Shown piece after piece: positions 17,513 through 27,909 of a DNA stretch of 64,000 nucleotides (the stretch's first letter is position 1; each line of letters opens with the position of its first letter). This DNA is from Bacteroidales bacterium. GTDB lineage: Bacteria; Bacteroidota; Bacteroidia; Bacteroidales; VadinHA17. The stretch lies in contig PLNF01000025.1 of the NCBI GenBank assembly GCA_003141715.1, positions 8,011 to 72,010 on the forward strand. Reading direction: 5' to 3'. The translations under genes were made by a program, and so were the position numbers. Under the pieces are notes generated by a model. It searched no databases. It saw only the letters and a list, made by a program, of their open reading frames with translations, and was not told the DNA's origin.

Positions 17513-18721
17513 CTAAAGATTATTGTTCATAAGTTTTCTATCTGAACAATGAGTCAATGGTTTAAAGATACGAAACAAGCAAAAGATTATTGAGAATGCA
17601 TTCACAATAAGTATTAATAATATAATTCCAAAACTAAAGTCGTTCCTGATATAATAGAGATAAATAAAAAGAGGCCCAGATAAAATAGCCAGCAAAATTA
17701 AAACCTGTTTAAGGCTTGGATGCAAAATCTTAATAGCATAAAAAACAAAATAATAGACGAATAGAAAACTAAGAAGATGCAGAAAAATGTTCCCAAAAAT
17801 TAAGAATTCTTTATTTTGATCATTTAATTCCTGTGACGAATAAACCCCATATCTATATATCTTCAATTTATTTAAGACTTTTTTTAATAAATTATACTTG
17901 AAAGAATTTGCCTGATAAAGAACTTTATTAAAGTTTTCTATTTTAGCCAGATCTGAAAAAGTATAAAAACTGATTTCTTGTTTCGTTATCGAATTAAGAA
18001 GAGAATCAAGGTAATTGAGGCTAATTCGAGGTGCTATAATATTTGGATATTTAAATGAGTTCTCAATAAAAGAATATGGGTGAAATAAGAAAACAATAGT
18101 AGCGTCATCATCTATATTTTTATCAATAATGTCGGCCAATTCAAAAAAATCTCCAAATGTTGCCGGTATGTATTTAATTTCTTCATAAGTACATCCACCA
18201 TACATATCACCTGAAATAATTTTGAAATTCAAATCTATTAATGCTTTCAAAGTATTGTTATCATAGGTATCGAAAGGAGGGACAAAAACATTTGTCTCAA
18301 TGTTAAACAGGCTATCCAATGCTTTTTTCCCTTTCGATAGCTTATCAAACTGTTTAAAATAGCTTAAAGAACCAAACTCGCTATAAGTCTTTTTATTCAG
18401 GAAATAAGGTCTTAAGATATTAATATGGTTAAAACCATGTAGGGCAACTTCAATTTCCTTCTTTTGAATTCTTGATCTTAAATCATTAATTTGTTCTTGA
18501 TTAAGTTTATTAATAATTAAATTAGTACTATCAAACGGAATTATCCCCAGACATAAAGGAATGTTGTTCTTATGGAAAATGTATAAAAGGGAATCGCAAA
18601 ATTTTGATGGAACTAAGATGTAATCATCATATCGAAATACAATTTTCATTTTCCCCCTTGCATTTGCGGAGAAAAAACTTAAAAAAACTAAAGAGACAAT
18701 AAAAAGAAGTTTGTTTTTCAT
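17513..18721 (-). CDS. polysaccharide-deacetylase-like (DUF2334/NodB-like) protein with C-terminal TM segments
   Basis: Signal peptide, then IVFRYDDY, ALHGFNH and VFVPPFDTYDNNT blocks. Three to four hydrophobic helices in the last 100 aa. Confidence 0.5.
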   Translation of the reverse strand: MKNKLLFIVSLVFLSFFSANARGKMKIVFRYDDYILVPSKFCDSLLYIFHKNNIPLCLGIIPFDSTNLIINKLNQEQINDLRSRIQKKEIEVALHGFNHINILRPYFLNKKTYSEFGSLSYFKQFDKLSKGKKALDSLFNIETNVFVPPFDTYDNNTLKALIDLNFKIISGDMYGGCTYEEIKYIPATFGDFFELADIIDKNIDDDATIVFLFHPYSFIENSFKYPNIIAPRISLNYLDSLLNSITKQEISFYTFSDLAKIENFNKVLYQANSFKYNLLKKVLNKLKIYRYGVYSSQELNDQNKEFLIFGNIFLHLLSFLFVYYFVFYAIKILHPSLKQVLILLAILSGPLFIYLYYIRNDFSFGIILLILIVNAFSIIFCLFRIFKPLTHCSDRKLMNNNL

Positions 18722-19076
18722 ATGTAGACTGATTAGTAACTTATATATAATCCAATGAAATTAATAAAAACTCTTATTTAAATTTAAATTATGCCTTCGC
18801 TTTGATTTGATCCAAAGATATAAATTGATTGAATATAAAAAAGGGTATTTGAACTTATGAAAATATCATGAATCAGACTCAGGAAATCAATTCACAGCAA
18901 TGATGGCTGTTGTAGAGTTCCACTAATTCATAAAAAATAATTACCAATTAATAAATGATTTATAATATTTTATAATTGGTACAATCAAGAGACCGAATAA
19001 CAGTATTTGACTTATAAATAAAATGTTTAAATTTATAGCAATCCAAATTATATAGAAAATCCGTAATCTAAAAAAA

Positions 19077-20519
19077 ATGAAAGAATTGGAATTTTTCAGG
19101 AGACAGTTTTTATTATCAGAATATGAGAATTTTAAGTTGCCTTGGAATAGAGAAAAGATACTAAATTATAACTTATTTTATCATCCTGACCTAGAATTCG
19201 AGCACGTTGCAAATGAAATGATTGATTTATATTTGCTAGGGTTTTTATTTGATTATGAGAATCCAGAATATTCAAACAAAAAGATTCTAGACTCTTTAAA
19301 AGGTTCATATTCTTTTGAACATTTTCTCGAAAATCTTACAAAGTATTCAGGGCATTATGTAATAATTTACAGATCTACTGAGAAGTTTATTCTGCTTAAT
19401 GATGCTTGTGCCCAGCATGAGGTTTATTATGATAATTTATTCTCCTCTTTTGCCACACAAATAAAATTGCTTGAGAAAGTTATTCCTATTGTGCCACATT
19501 CATCTGTCGATGCAATAAATTTTTTCTCCTCTCCTTCATTTATTTCACAAAAGATATTCATTGGAGAAACTACTCATGCAGAGAACATAAAGCATCTTCT
19601 TCCAAATCACTATATTGACATAGAACAAAAATCAATTATTCGTTTTTTCCCGAAAGACCAGTTGAAATCTAACACGATAAATGAGGCATCAATGGAAGCA
19701 TGCAAAATGTTAAAGGGCTATATAAAAGCTGCTTCTTTAAGGAATAAAATCTACATGGCTGTTACAGGTGGTTACGATAGTAGAGTTCTTTTTCTTGCCA
19801 GTCTTGATGTTGACTGTAAATACTATGTTTCAAGACTAAATAACATGGATAGCAGACATAACGATATAGTTATTCCACAAAAACTCGCAAAAATCTTTAA
19901 TAAGGAATTTAAGGTAATAGTGGAGAATCCTATGGATAAGAAAGAAAAACTAAAACAAGAAATTAGTATCGATTTTCCAAGAGAGCTTAAAATCCCAGGT
20001 GAAGAATATTATAAACACATTTTGATAAATGGCAACATTAGTGAAATAGCTCGTAATTATTATGGCTATTATCAGAATATTCTTCCCGGAGAATTAGCAA
20101 TTTTATATGGGCATAATGGCAATAGCTTTGTTTGCAAAGAGTATGAAAAATGGTTAAAAAGAAGCTCCTCAATGTTTTCAGAAAAGGGATATAACATATT
20201 AGATATGTTCTATTGGGAAGAAAAGATGGGGAATTGGGCTGCAAAAGCTAAAACAGAAATGAGTGCAATGGGAACTATAATATATTCTCCTTTTTGTTCA
20301 CACAAATTATTAACAATACTTCTATCGACACCACGCAATCATAGAGATGAATATTCTAATAATCTCTACGACATGATAATAAATAATTTTTCTAATGAAG
20401 TTTCCAAAATACCTATCAATCCTTCAACAAAAAAGAAGATTATTTTAATTTTGAAAAGATTTAAAATATTCAATTTAATTCAAATAATCAAACTAAAATT
20501 TAAGCTGTTAAAGATCTAA
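19077..20519 (+). CDS. hypothetical protein with PP-loop (asparagine-synthase-C-like) motif
   Basis: MAVTGGYDSRVLFLAS resembles the SGGxDS ATP-pyrophosphatase loop. Basic amphipathic C-terminal tail. No other motif recognised. Confidence 0.45.
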   Translation: MKELEFFRRQFLLSEYENFKLPWNREKILNYNLFYHPDLEFEHVANEMIDLYLLGFLFDYENPEYSNKKILDSLKGSYSFEHFLENLTKYSGHYVIIYRSTEKFILLNDACAQHEVYYDNLFSSFATQIKLLEKVIPIVPHSSVDAINFFSSPSFISQKIFIGETTHAENIKHLLPNHYIDIEQKSIIRFFPKDQLKSNTINEASMEACKMLKGYIKAASLRNKIYMAVTGGYDSRVLFLASLDVDCKYYVSRLNNMDSRHNDIVIPQKLAKIFNKEFKVIVENPMDKKEKLKQEISIDFPRELKIPGEEYYKHILINGNISEIARNYYGYYQNILPGELAILYGHNGNSFVCKEYEKWLKRSSSMFSEKGYNILDMFYWEEKMGNWAAKAKTEMSAMGTIIYSPFCSHKLLTILLSTPRNHRDEYSNNLYDMIINNFSNEVSKIPINPSTKKKIILILKRFKIFNLIQIIKLKFKLLKI

Positions 20520-20632
20520 TTAGTAGATATTTGAATTAATTTAATTCCAATTCAAAAAGTGCAATAAAAAATCACTAATACCTGATCAATAATTAAACCC
20601 AATTTTATAATATCTTTATTCTTTTCGAACCG

Positions 20633-22384
20633 CTAATTAAGAACTATCAATTTTTGAGTTGCAGCAGTTGAATTACCTGATACCAATTGCATTATATAAA
20701 CTCCGGGAATAATGTTAATCGGAATTTGAAAATCTTTGATTCCGGGAGGCAACTTTTCAATCTGAATAATTTTCCCGGCCATATTAATAAGCCTCACAGT
20801 ATGGTTGATAGTTGGTAGTTCACCTTCTAATGAAATATTTATTAATTTTCGGGTAGGATTTGGAAATATAAACATCATTGATTTAGTATTATTATTATTA
20901 TACCCATATTCATAAGCGCCAATATCAGGTTTATCAGCAACTGGATTTCCAGCATAATCTAATGTCAAACCAACGTCTATTCCCGAATTAATACAAGGGG
21001 AACTTGCCTGTAATGTCCAATCAAAACCTGCAACATCTGTCAATTTTGGATTACTAAATATTCCTGTTTCTTCAATACTTGCTGTATCTGTTCTGTAATA
21101 TTGAATGTACGGTGTCATATAAAAATAATAAATTAAATCCCCGACGGCACTTCTGTAGTATGAATTATAAGAATGGACCGTTGATCCCGAGACATCAATA
21201 TAACACAATCCCATTGAACCACTTGAGCCAGTATTTATCATAAGGTTGTTTTTTAAATCAACAACACCGTTATATTGTGTTAAATCTGCAAAACAAGAAC
21301 TTGCACCGGAACTTGAAACAATGGTATTATTATAAAATCGAATATCTGCTCCAGCATAAGTAAGAGCTGCATAATCTTTTTCAATTCGGATTACTCCATT
21401 TTTCGCAGTAGTGGAGGCTTTTTCTTGATAAAATTTGTTATAATAAAAAGTCAAAGACTGAGCCTGACAACCCTGTATATATACTGCCGGATAATCATAG
21501 GTTCTAATGTCATTATATCTTACAACTAGCCCTGTAGGATACCATCCTACCTGTCCTGCCCCATTATCGAATTCCCCAGACCCTACAACTATACCATTAG
21601 CATATTGGCCATACTCACCAACTGTTGAAGTGTTATGTTCAATTATCGCATTACTTACTCGGTTGTTAATACCAATACATTCAGCCGTTCCTGCTGTACT
21701 ATAATTCGTGATTGTATTATAACCTATGTAGCTATCATGTATTTCGGCAGGAGTTGCTCCCATTAATGTTCTGCCACAGTACAAAAATGCCGCACATCCA
21801 GCTATGTAATTAAATGAATTTCGCTGAATAATAATATTGTACATATCATTACGCCAAGTTTCAACATAAACTCCATGATAGTTTTCAGAGGCATCTCCAA
21901 TGTTATTAATAACACAATCTTGTATTGTGATGTAATGTTCATTATTTTGAAGATAATAACTACCAATTATAATTCCTTGAGTATCTGTCTTATTAGCATC
22001 AATCTTTAATTTCTCAATTGTGACATAGCTGCATCCTCCAATATTTATAACCCCAAGGCCCAATGCAGTTGTTGTCTGAATTATAGCATTGACTCCATCT
22101 CCCCAGAGCGATCCATCCCAAACAATAGAATGTCCAGATATTCCACCATGAGTAATATATAAGGTTTTTGTTAAAGTCCATTTATCTCCTTTTTTTAATG
22201 CAATAATATCACCTTGTGAAGTAGCATGAGATTCTGCATAAGCAAGCGTTGCCCAAGGAGTTGATTTGGTCAATCCATCGTATGAATCTTTTCCACTTGT
22301 ACTTACATAATAGGTCTTAGCTGATGCGATGGAACAAATAGCAAAAAAAAATATTATGAGTTTTAAAGTTCTTTCTTGAATCAT
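20633..22384 (-). CDS. secreted right-handed beta-helix protein with T9SS C-terminal sorting domain
   Basis: Signal peptide MIQERTLKLIIFFFAICSIASA. KTYYVSTSGKDSYDGLT plus beta-helix repeats. C-terminal FIFPNPTRKLINISL...GVYIMQLVS...KLIVLN. ATG at 22384 preferred over the track start at 22423. Confidence 0.75.
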   Translation of the reverse strand: MIQERTLKLIIFFFAICSIASAKTYYVSTSGKDSYDGLTKSTPWATLAYAESHATSQGDIIALKKGDKWTLTKTLYITHGGISGHSIVWDGSLWGDGVNAIIQTTTALGLGVINIGGCSYVTIEKLKIDANKTDTQGIIIGSYYLQNNEHYITIQDCVINNIGDASENYHGVYVETWRNDMYNIIIQRNSFNYIAGCAAFLYCGRTLMGATPAEIHDSYIGYNTITNYSTAGTAECIGINNRVSNAIIEHNTSTVGEYGQYANGIVVGSGEFDNGAGQVGWYPTGLVVRYNDIRTYDYPAVYIQGCQAQSLTFYYNKFYQEKASTTAKNGVIRIEKDYAALTYAGADIRFYNNTIVSSSGASSCFADLTQYNGVVDLKNNLMINTGSSGSMGLCYIDVSGSTVHSYNSYYRSAVGDLIYYFYMTPYIQYYRTDTASIEETGIFSNPKLTDVAGFDWTLQASSPCINSGIDVGLTLDYAGNPVADKPDIGAYEYGYNNNNTKSMMFIFPNPTRKLINISLEGELPTINHTVRLINMAGKIIQIEKLPPGIKDFQIPINIIPGVYIMQLVSGNSTAATQKLIVLN

Positions 22385-22633
22385 AAGCTTAAATATTATT
22401 CCTTTACACAAAATTAACAACAAATTTTGACAAGTATTCTGTTTAGAATGATTTGACTGATTATTTTAACATTTAATCATTTACTTTGTTAGAAAAAAAA
22501 TATTTACACTTATCCTTTGTTAAAATTCTGCGGAGATAATTGTTCGGGTCGCTTAGATTTTATATTTTTGTTAAAATCAAAAGAAAGTTTTTAAGAAAAT
22601 CAGATGTTGTAAATTGGTTTATTTAAATTTTAT

Positions 22634-23413
22634 ATGAGAGTAAATAAATTGGGTATCCAGAGGTTAATCTTTATTCTAGTAATGGTTATTATTGTTTCAT
22701 GTGTCCCAATTAAAAAGTTAACCTACTTTAATGACATTGATGAACTTAATGAACCAAGGGTTAATCCCAGGGAACAAAAATTGATTATGCCATTTGATAA
22801 ACTCTATATAAAAGTGTTAAGTATCGATGAAAAAACAAACCAGTTATTTAACTCCAGTGATAATATGTCGCTTAGTTCCGCAACTGGTATAATCGGAAAC
22901 CGTGTTGATGAATCAGGCAACATTAATTATCCGTTCATTGGAAAAATAAAAGTTGGAGGGCTTAAAACTGCCGAAGCAAGTTTAAAAATACAGGAAGCTT
23001 TAAACCAATATGTTTCTAATGCTGCGGTCGATATCAAATTCATCGATAATAATGTAACAATAATAGGGGATGTGCAACGCCAAGGATTGTACTCATTTAC
23101 TCAGGATAAATTAAACATATATGAAGCTCTGGCTCTTGGTGGTGGGATTTCTCAATATGGTGACCGGAAAAATGTAATTCTGATCCGGCAGGAAGGTGAC
23201 AAAATAATGCACCATAAACTTGATCTTTCAGATTCCAAAATAGCTGGAAAAGATTATTATTATATTCAAGCTAACGATGTTATCGTTGTGGAGCCTTTGA
23301 AATCAAGTTCTTGGTTTAATTTTAACAACACAACCTTCACGACATTTTTGACCTCTTTAACAACCTTACTTACAATTATTACCCTGTATTTAACAATAAA
23401 AAAAGGTTTATAA
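22634..23413 (+). CDS. wza: polysaccharide export protein (Wza-like: Poly_export + SLBB)
   Basis: GNINYPFIGKIKVGGLKTAEASLKIQEAL and NVTIIGDVQRQGLYSF blocks. Sits immediately upstream of the Wzc-like gene. Confidence 0.8.
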   Translation: MRVNKLGIQRLIFILVMVIIVSCVPIKKLTYFNDIDELNEPRVNPREQKLIMPFDKLYIKVLSIDEKTNQLFNSSDNMSLSSATGIIGNRVDESGNINYPFIGKIKVGGLKTAEASLKIQEALNQYVSNAAVDIKFIDNNVTIIGDVQRQGLYSFTQDKLNIYEALALGGGISQYGDRKNVILIRQEGDKIMHHKLDLSDSKIAGKDYYYIQANDVIVVEPLKSSSWFNFNNTTFTTFLTSLTTLLTIITLYLTIKKGL

Positions 23414-23420
23414 TATTTCT

Positions 23421-25796
23421 ATGATAATGAAAAATGAATCTGATTCATCCACCGTCTTTATTAAGCTTTTTTTGGAAAAAGTATTTGCTTTAAGGTATAT
23501 ATATCTCGCATTTATTGTCTTATTTTTAACCACTGCATTCTTATTAAATAAATATTCCTCAAAAGTATATGAAATTGAATCCACCATAGGTCCAGTTCAG
23601 GAAAATCGTTCTACTGTTCTTTCATCTAATCAAATGTTCAGAGGATTAGGTACTTATAATACAGGGAAGAATGTTGATGATGCAATTAACAGTCTTAATT
23701 CTTTTTCGCTTATTTCCTCAACAATTAGTAATCTGAACTTAGAAGTGGGATATTTTACTGAAAAAAATAGTCTTTTCAGGCAAACTATCGAGTTTTACAT
23801 GAATTCCCCCTACCGGGTTAATATTGATAAATCACATTTACAACCTATTAATACTAAGTTTTATATTACCATTCTAAATGATTCTACTTATAGGCTATCT
23901 GCAATAAATAAGGAAACTTCATTATATAATTATATTGATAATATTACTGTCAGCAGTGATGCAAATTTTACAATTGATACGATCAGTCAATTTAATAAAA
24001 CAATTACGGGAAGAAATTATAAATTTTCAATATCAAAAAATACAGAATTGCTACCTTCCAATAATAGTGAAAAAGCCCTGTTCTATTTTGAACTATTTCA
24101 TGTTGAGGAACTAGCAAAACTCTATCTAAATAATATAAAGATAGAGCCGGTATCGGTTCTTGCTTCAATCATTAATATTAAGTTCACAGGTAAAAACATT
24201 GAAAAATCCCTTGGTTTCCTCAATACTTATATCAACTATTTTCTTAATGATAATCTTGCAAAGAAGAACAAGATTGCCGTTAATACTATTAACTTTATTG
24301 ACTCCCAGATTTCCGAGATTTCTGATTCTCTTTCCAAATCTGAATCCAATCTCAGGAATTTCAGAACAACCAACCAGGTAACAACAGATCTTAGTTTCCA
24401 GGGCCAGCAGATTTACGGTCAGATGGCACAAATAGAAACCCAGCGGACAAGTCTCGAAGTTCAGAGTCGTTATTACAACTATGTAATTAACTTATTTAAA
24501 ACAAATCAGGATGTGTCAGGAGTTGTTCCTCCTGCTTCTGCAAATGTCACAGACCAGGTGATGAACAAACTTATTACAGATCTCTTAGCACTAAATTCTG
24601 AAAGGTCGGGTATTATTTCTAACAATAATAATGAAAAGAATCTATTCCTTGCCCAGATTGACAACAAGATTAAGAATCAGAAACAAGCAATTATCGAAAG
24701 TGTTACAAATAACTTGAATACCATTAATCTTACACTTAATGAACTTAATTACCGCTCTGATAAACTTTCAAAGGATATATCAAATCTTCCGAAAACAGAA
24801 ATGAATATGGTTAATATTCAGAGAAAATTTAACCTTAATGATGCGATATTTACATATTTACTACAAAAAAGATCTGAAGCTGCAATAAGCCTTGCTTCAA
24901 ATTATCCTGATTATGAAGTTTTAGAACCAGCCCGGGAAATCACTTCAAAAATTATCAAACCCAAGAAGATAATGAATTACCTTTTTTCTTTGTTTTTAGG
25001 GTTGTTATTCCCAACAATATTCTTAATTACAAGAGATTTCTTTAACGATAAAGTAAGCAGTATATATGATATTGAACACTTACTTGATCGACCAGTTTTT
25101 GGAATTATATACAATAACCCTAAAAAGTATGAAGCAGTTGTTGCTGAAGCTCCCAAATCTGCAATTTCAGAATCTTTCAGGAATCTCAGAGGCTCATTAT
25201 TTATTAAGCTTAAATCAGAGCAGTCAAAAGTTATTCTAATCACCTCCTCACAACCACAGGAAGGCAAGAGCTTTATTTCGTTTAACCTCGCAGCTTCAAT
25301 AGCTTCCGTGGGATTTAAAACAGTTATAATTGATTGTGATCTGCGACGTCCTACTCTCCATATAAAATTTAAGGAGAATAATTCATCCGGAATTTCCAAC
25401 TTTATGACAAGAAATGCGAATGAAGATGAAATTATTCATAAAACCTCAGTTGATAACCTCTCATTTATTCCGGCCGGGCCACTTTTACCAAACCCTTCGG
25501 AATTATTGGATTCTGGAATTCTCGATGATCTGATGGATTTGCTTAAATCCAGATTTGAATTTATAATTATTGATACACCGCCGGTTGGATTAGTTGCAGA
25601 CTCAATTCAGTTAATGAAATATGCGAACCAGATACTAGTAGTGTCCAGAAACAATGTTACTCGGAAGGAAATTCTTGTCAATGCATTAACTTCTCTCGAT
25701 TCAAATAAGATTGCCAATTATGAAGTTATTCTTAATGATCTGGATCTTAATAAAAGTCCATATTCAGGATATAAAAATTACTACCTGAAGGAATAA
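23421..25796 (+). CDS. wzc: polysaccharide co-polymerase / BY-tyrosine kinase (Wzc/GumC-like)
   Basis: Two TM segments flank a long coiled periplasmic region. Walker A SQPQEGKSF, A' IIDCDLRRP, B IIIDTPPVG. The tail is Tyr-rich: SPYSGYKNYYLKE. Confidence 0.9.
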   Translation: MIMKNESDSSTVFIKLFLEKVFALRYIYLAFIVLFLTTAFLLNKYSSKVYEIESTIGPVQENRSTVLSSNQMFRGLGTYNTGKNVDDAINSLNSFSLISSTISNLNLEVGYFTEKNSLFRQTIEFYMNSPYRVNIDKSHLQPINTKFYITILNDSTYRLSAINKETSLYNYIDNITVSSDANFTIDTISQFNKTITGRNYKFSISKNTELLPSNNSEKALFYFELFHVEELAKLYLNNIKIEPVSVLASIINIKFTGKNIEKSLGFLNTYINYFLNDNLAKKNKIAVNTINFIDSQISEISDSLSKSESNLRNFRTTNQVTTDLSFQGQQIYGQMAQIETQRTSLEVQSRYYNYVINLFKTNQDVSGVVPPASANVTDQVMNKLITDLLALNSERSGIISNNNNEKNLFLAQIDNKIKNQKQAIIESVTNNLNTINLTLNELNYRSDKLSKDISNLPKTEMNMVNIQRKFNLNDAIFTYLLQKRSEAAISLASNYPDYEVLEPAREITSKIIKPKKIMNYLFSLFLGLLFPTIFLITRDFFNDKVSSIYDIEHLLDRPVFGIIYNNPKKYEAVVAEAPKSAISESFRNLRGSLFIKLKSEQSKVILITSSQPQEGKSFISFNLAASIASVGFKTVIIDCDLRRPTLHIKFKENNSSGISNFMTRNANEDEIIHKTSVDNLSFIPAGPLLPNPSELLDSGILDDLMDLLKSRFEFIIIDTPPVGLVADSIQLMKYANQILVVSRNNVTRKEILVNALTSLDSNKIANYEVILNDLDLNKSPYSGYKNYYLKE

Positions 25797-25841
25797 AATC
25801 ATATTTAAATAGGTCTCCTTCATCTTCAACAAAGTAATCAT

Positions 25842-26603
25842 TTACTTTACATAGATTTTATGCTTCTGAGAGCCTTTTATTTTTTCTTTTAGCACAAGCC
25901 AAATAAATTTTGAATTTCCAATCAGATAGCGGCGCCACATGCGTCTTGGTTCCTGAAGAAAACGGAAAAACCATTCCATTCCAATACTTTGTATCCAATT
26001 AGGAGCACGTTTTGTAATCCCTGAAAGAATATCAAAATACCCACCTACGCCTAAAATGTATCTGGCATTAAGTTGATTTTTGTATTTTTCGACAAAAAAT
26101 TCTTTCTTAGGAGAAGGCAATCCTAAAAATAAAATATCTGGATTTACATTATTAATCATTTTCACAATTAGCTGCTCTTCATCACTATTATAATATCCGT
26201 TTCGATGACCTGAAAGTATAAGTCCCGGATATGATTTGGCCACTTTCCTAGCAGATAATGTCACACTTTCCTCCTTAGCTCCGAATAAAAAAACCCTATA
26301 ATTATTTTTATCAGCTATTTTTAAAATATCATCTGCTAAATCAGGACATGCAACTCTTTCAGGTACATCAATACCAAGAAATCGCAGCGCCCAAACTACT
26401 GACATTCCATCAATGTTAACCAAATTTGAATTATTGTAGGCCTGGATTAGTGCTTCATTATGAATAAGTTCAAGTATAGATGCTGCATTTATTCCACTTT
26501 GTACAATTTGATTACCTTTCTTTAAATTTGTCAGTACAATATCTAAAAATTCTGCTTTAAGTAAGGGATGAACTTTTATGTTAAAAATCCTAATTTCTTT
26601 CAT
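25842..26603 (-). CDS. WecB/TagA/CpsF-family glycosyltransferase
   Basis: VNIDGMSVVWALRFLG, VFLFGAKEE, ILFLGLPSPKKEFF and GVGGYFDILSG...RAPNWIQSIGMEWFFRFLQEPRRMWRRY. ATG at 26603. Confidence 0.85.
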   Translation of the reverse strand: MKEIRIFNIKVHPLLKAEFLDIVLTNLKKGNQIVQSGINAASILELIHNEALIQAYNNSNLVNIDGMSVVWALRFLGIDVPERVACPDLADDILKIADKNNYRVFLFGAKEESVTLSARKVAKSYPGLILSGHRNGYYNSDEEQLIVKMINNVNPDILFLGLPSPKKEFFVEKYKNQLNARYILGVGGYFDILSGITKRAPNWIQSIGMEWFFRFLQEPRRMWRRYLIGNSKFIWLVLKEKIKGSQKHKIYVK

Positions 26604-26679
26604 AAAGTTGGACAAGACACAAATAGATTATTGAAAATAGTAGCAAAAAAATTAGTCAAATAGTAACTAACTATTTTTC

Positions 26680-27813
26680 TCATTTATCTATCCCATGCCA
26701 TCTATTGCTTAGATATGTATTCCCCATCAATAGTTTTAAAACCCGCCATGAAGAATCACCAATCTGATACTCAGATGGAACTTGTTTAAACCGAATCAGA
26801 TTATGTTCATAAATACTTAACCCAACTGAGTCGAGAACAGCTTGAATTTCAAGACCAGATAAAATAATTGAACCTGTATCCTGGGCTTCGGGCCGTTCCA
26901 TAGATTGTCGTAAAGATATTGCAGCAAAGTCAAGTATCGAGGACTCTTCACTTATAGTACCACTATCAGATATTGTGCATAATGCGTTCTTCTGTAACCA
27001 TATGTAATCCAAAAATCCAAATGGTTTTAGAAAATTAAGTCGATTGTCCATTTTCTTATCAGAAATATTTTCCAGTCTCTTTCGAGTACGTGGATGTGTA
27101 GATATTATTACAGGAATATTGTACTCTGCAGCAAGTTTATTTAACACAATCAATATTTTAGTTAGATTCCCTTTATTATCAACGTTTTCCTCTCTATGAG
27201 TTGAAACCAAGAAATAATTCTGTGGCTGAAGGGACAGCGTTTCCAGTATTTTTGATGTTTTAATAGCCGGCATATAGTAATCCAATACTTCCTTCATAGG
27301 GGATCCTGTGAGATATATCCTGCGGTGAGGGAGTCCTTCTGAAAGCAGATGTCTTCGGGCATGTTCCGTATAAACAAGATTGAAATCGGCAATATGGTCT
27401 ATTATCCGGCGGTTAAGCTCTTCCGGTACATTAAAATCGAAGCTTCGATTGCCAGCTTCCATATGAAAAACAGGTATATGCATCCGTTTTGCAATATATG
27501 CTGAAAGACAGGAGTTAGTGTCACCTAGGACTAATAAAGCATTTGGATGTTCCTGCTTAAGAGTTTCTTCAGTTTTCTTAAATATATCTCCAATTACTGA
27601 ACCAAGGGAACTTGTGTTAACATTCAAAAAATAGTCAGGTTTACGGAGTTCCATCCCATCCCAGAAAATCTCATTCAGTTCGTAATCGTAGTTTTGTCCT
27701 GTGTGAACGATTATATGATTTACATATTCATCCAAAAGTGCCATTGTACGAGACAATCTGATTATTTCGGGACGTGTGCCTACAATTGTCATTACCTTTA
27801 ATAATGCTTTCAT
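26680..27813 (-). CDS. fnlC: UDP-2-acetamido-2,6-dideoxy-L-talose 2-epimerase (non-hydrolysing UDP-GlcNAc 2-epimerase family; FnlC/Cap5G type)
   Basis: VMTIVGTRPEIIRL, HTGQNYD and GDTNS blocks of the 2-epimerase family. Follows FnlA- and FnlB-type genes. Confidence 0.8.
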   Translation of the reverse strand: MKALLKVMTIVGTRPEIIRLSRTMALLDEYVNHIIVHTGQNYDYELNEIFWDGMELRKPDYFLNVNTSSLGSVIGDIFKKTEETLKQEHPNALLVLGDTNSCLSAYIAKRMHIPVFHMEAGNRSFDFNVPEELNRRIIDHIADFNLVYTEHARRHLLSEGLPHRRIYLTGSPMKEVLDYYMPAIKTSKILETLSLQPQNYFLVSTHREENVDNKGNLTKILIVLNKLAAEYNIPVIISTHPRTRKRLENISDKKMDNRLNFLKPFGFLDYIWLQKNALCTISDSGTISEESSILDFAAISLRQSMERPEAQDTGSIILSGLEIQAVLDSVGLSIYEHNLIRFKQVPSEYQIGDSSWRVLKLLMGNTYLSNRWHGIDK

Positions 27814-27909
27814 GTTTTTGCCATATTTACTGAGTTTTACCAAACTTCATTACTATCATATTATGTATTCTTTGGGGAAATTTAATACTTTAACCCCATA
27901 GAATCTGGT

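Noticed and set aside
20520-20632. AT-only inverted repeat ttgaatt...aattcaa between convergent genes, as a possible bidirectional terminator
   Set aside because: The 7-bp all-A/T stem with an 11-nt loop is too weak to support a terminator call from sequence alone.
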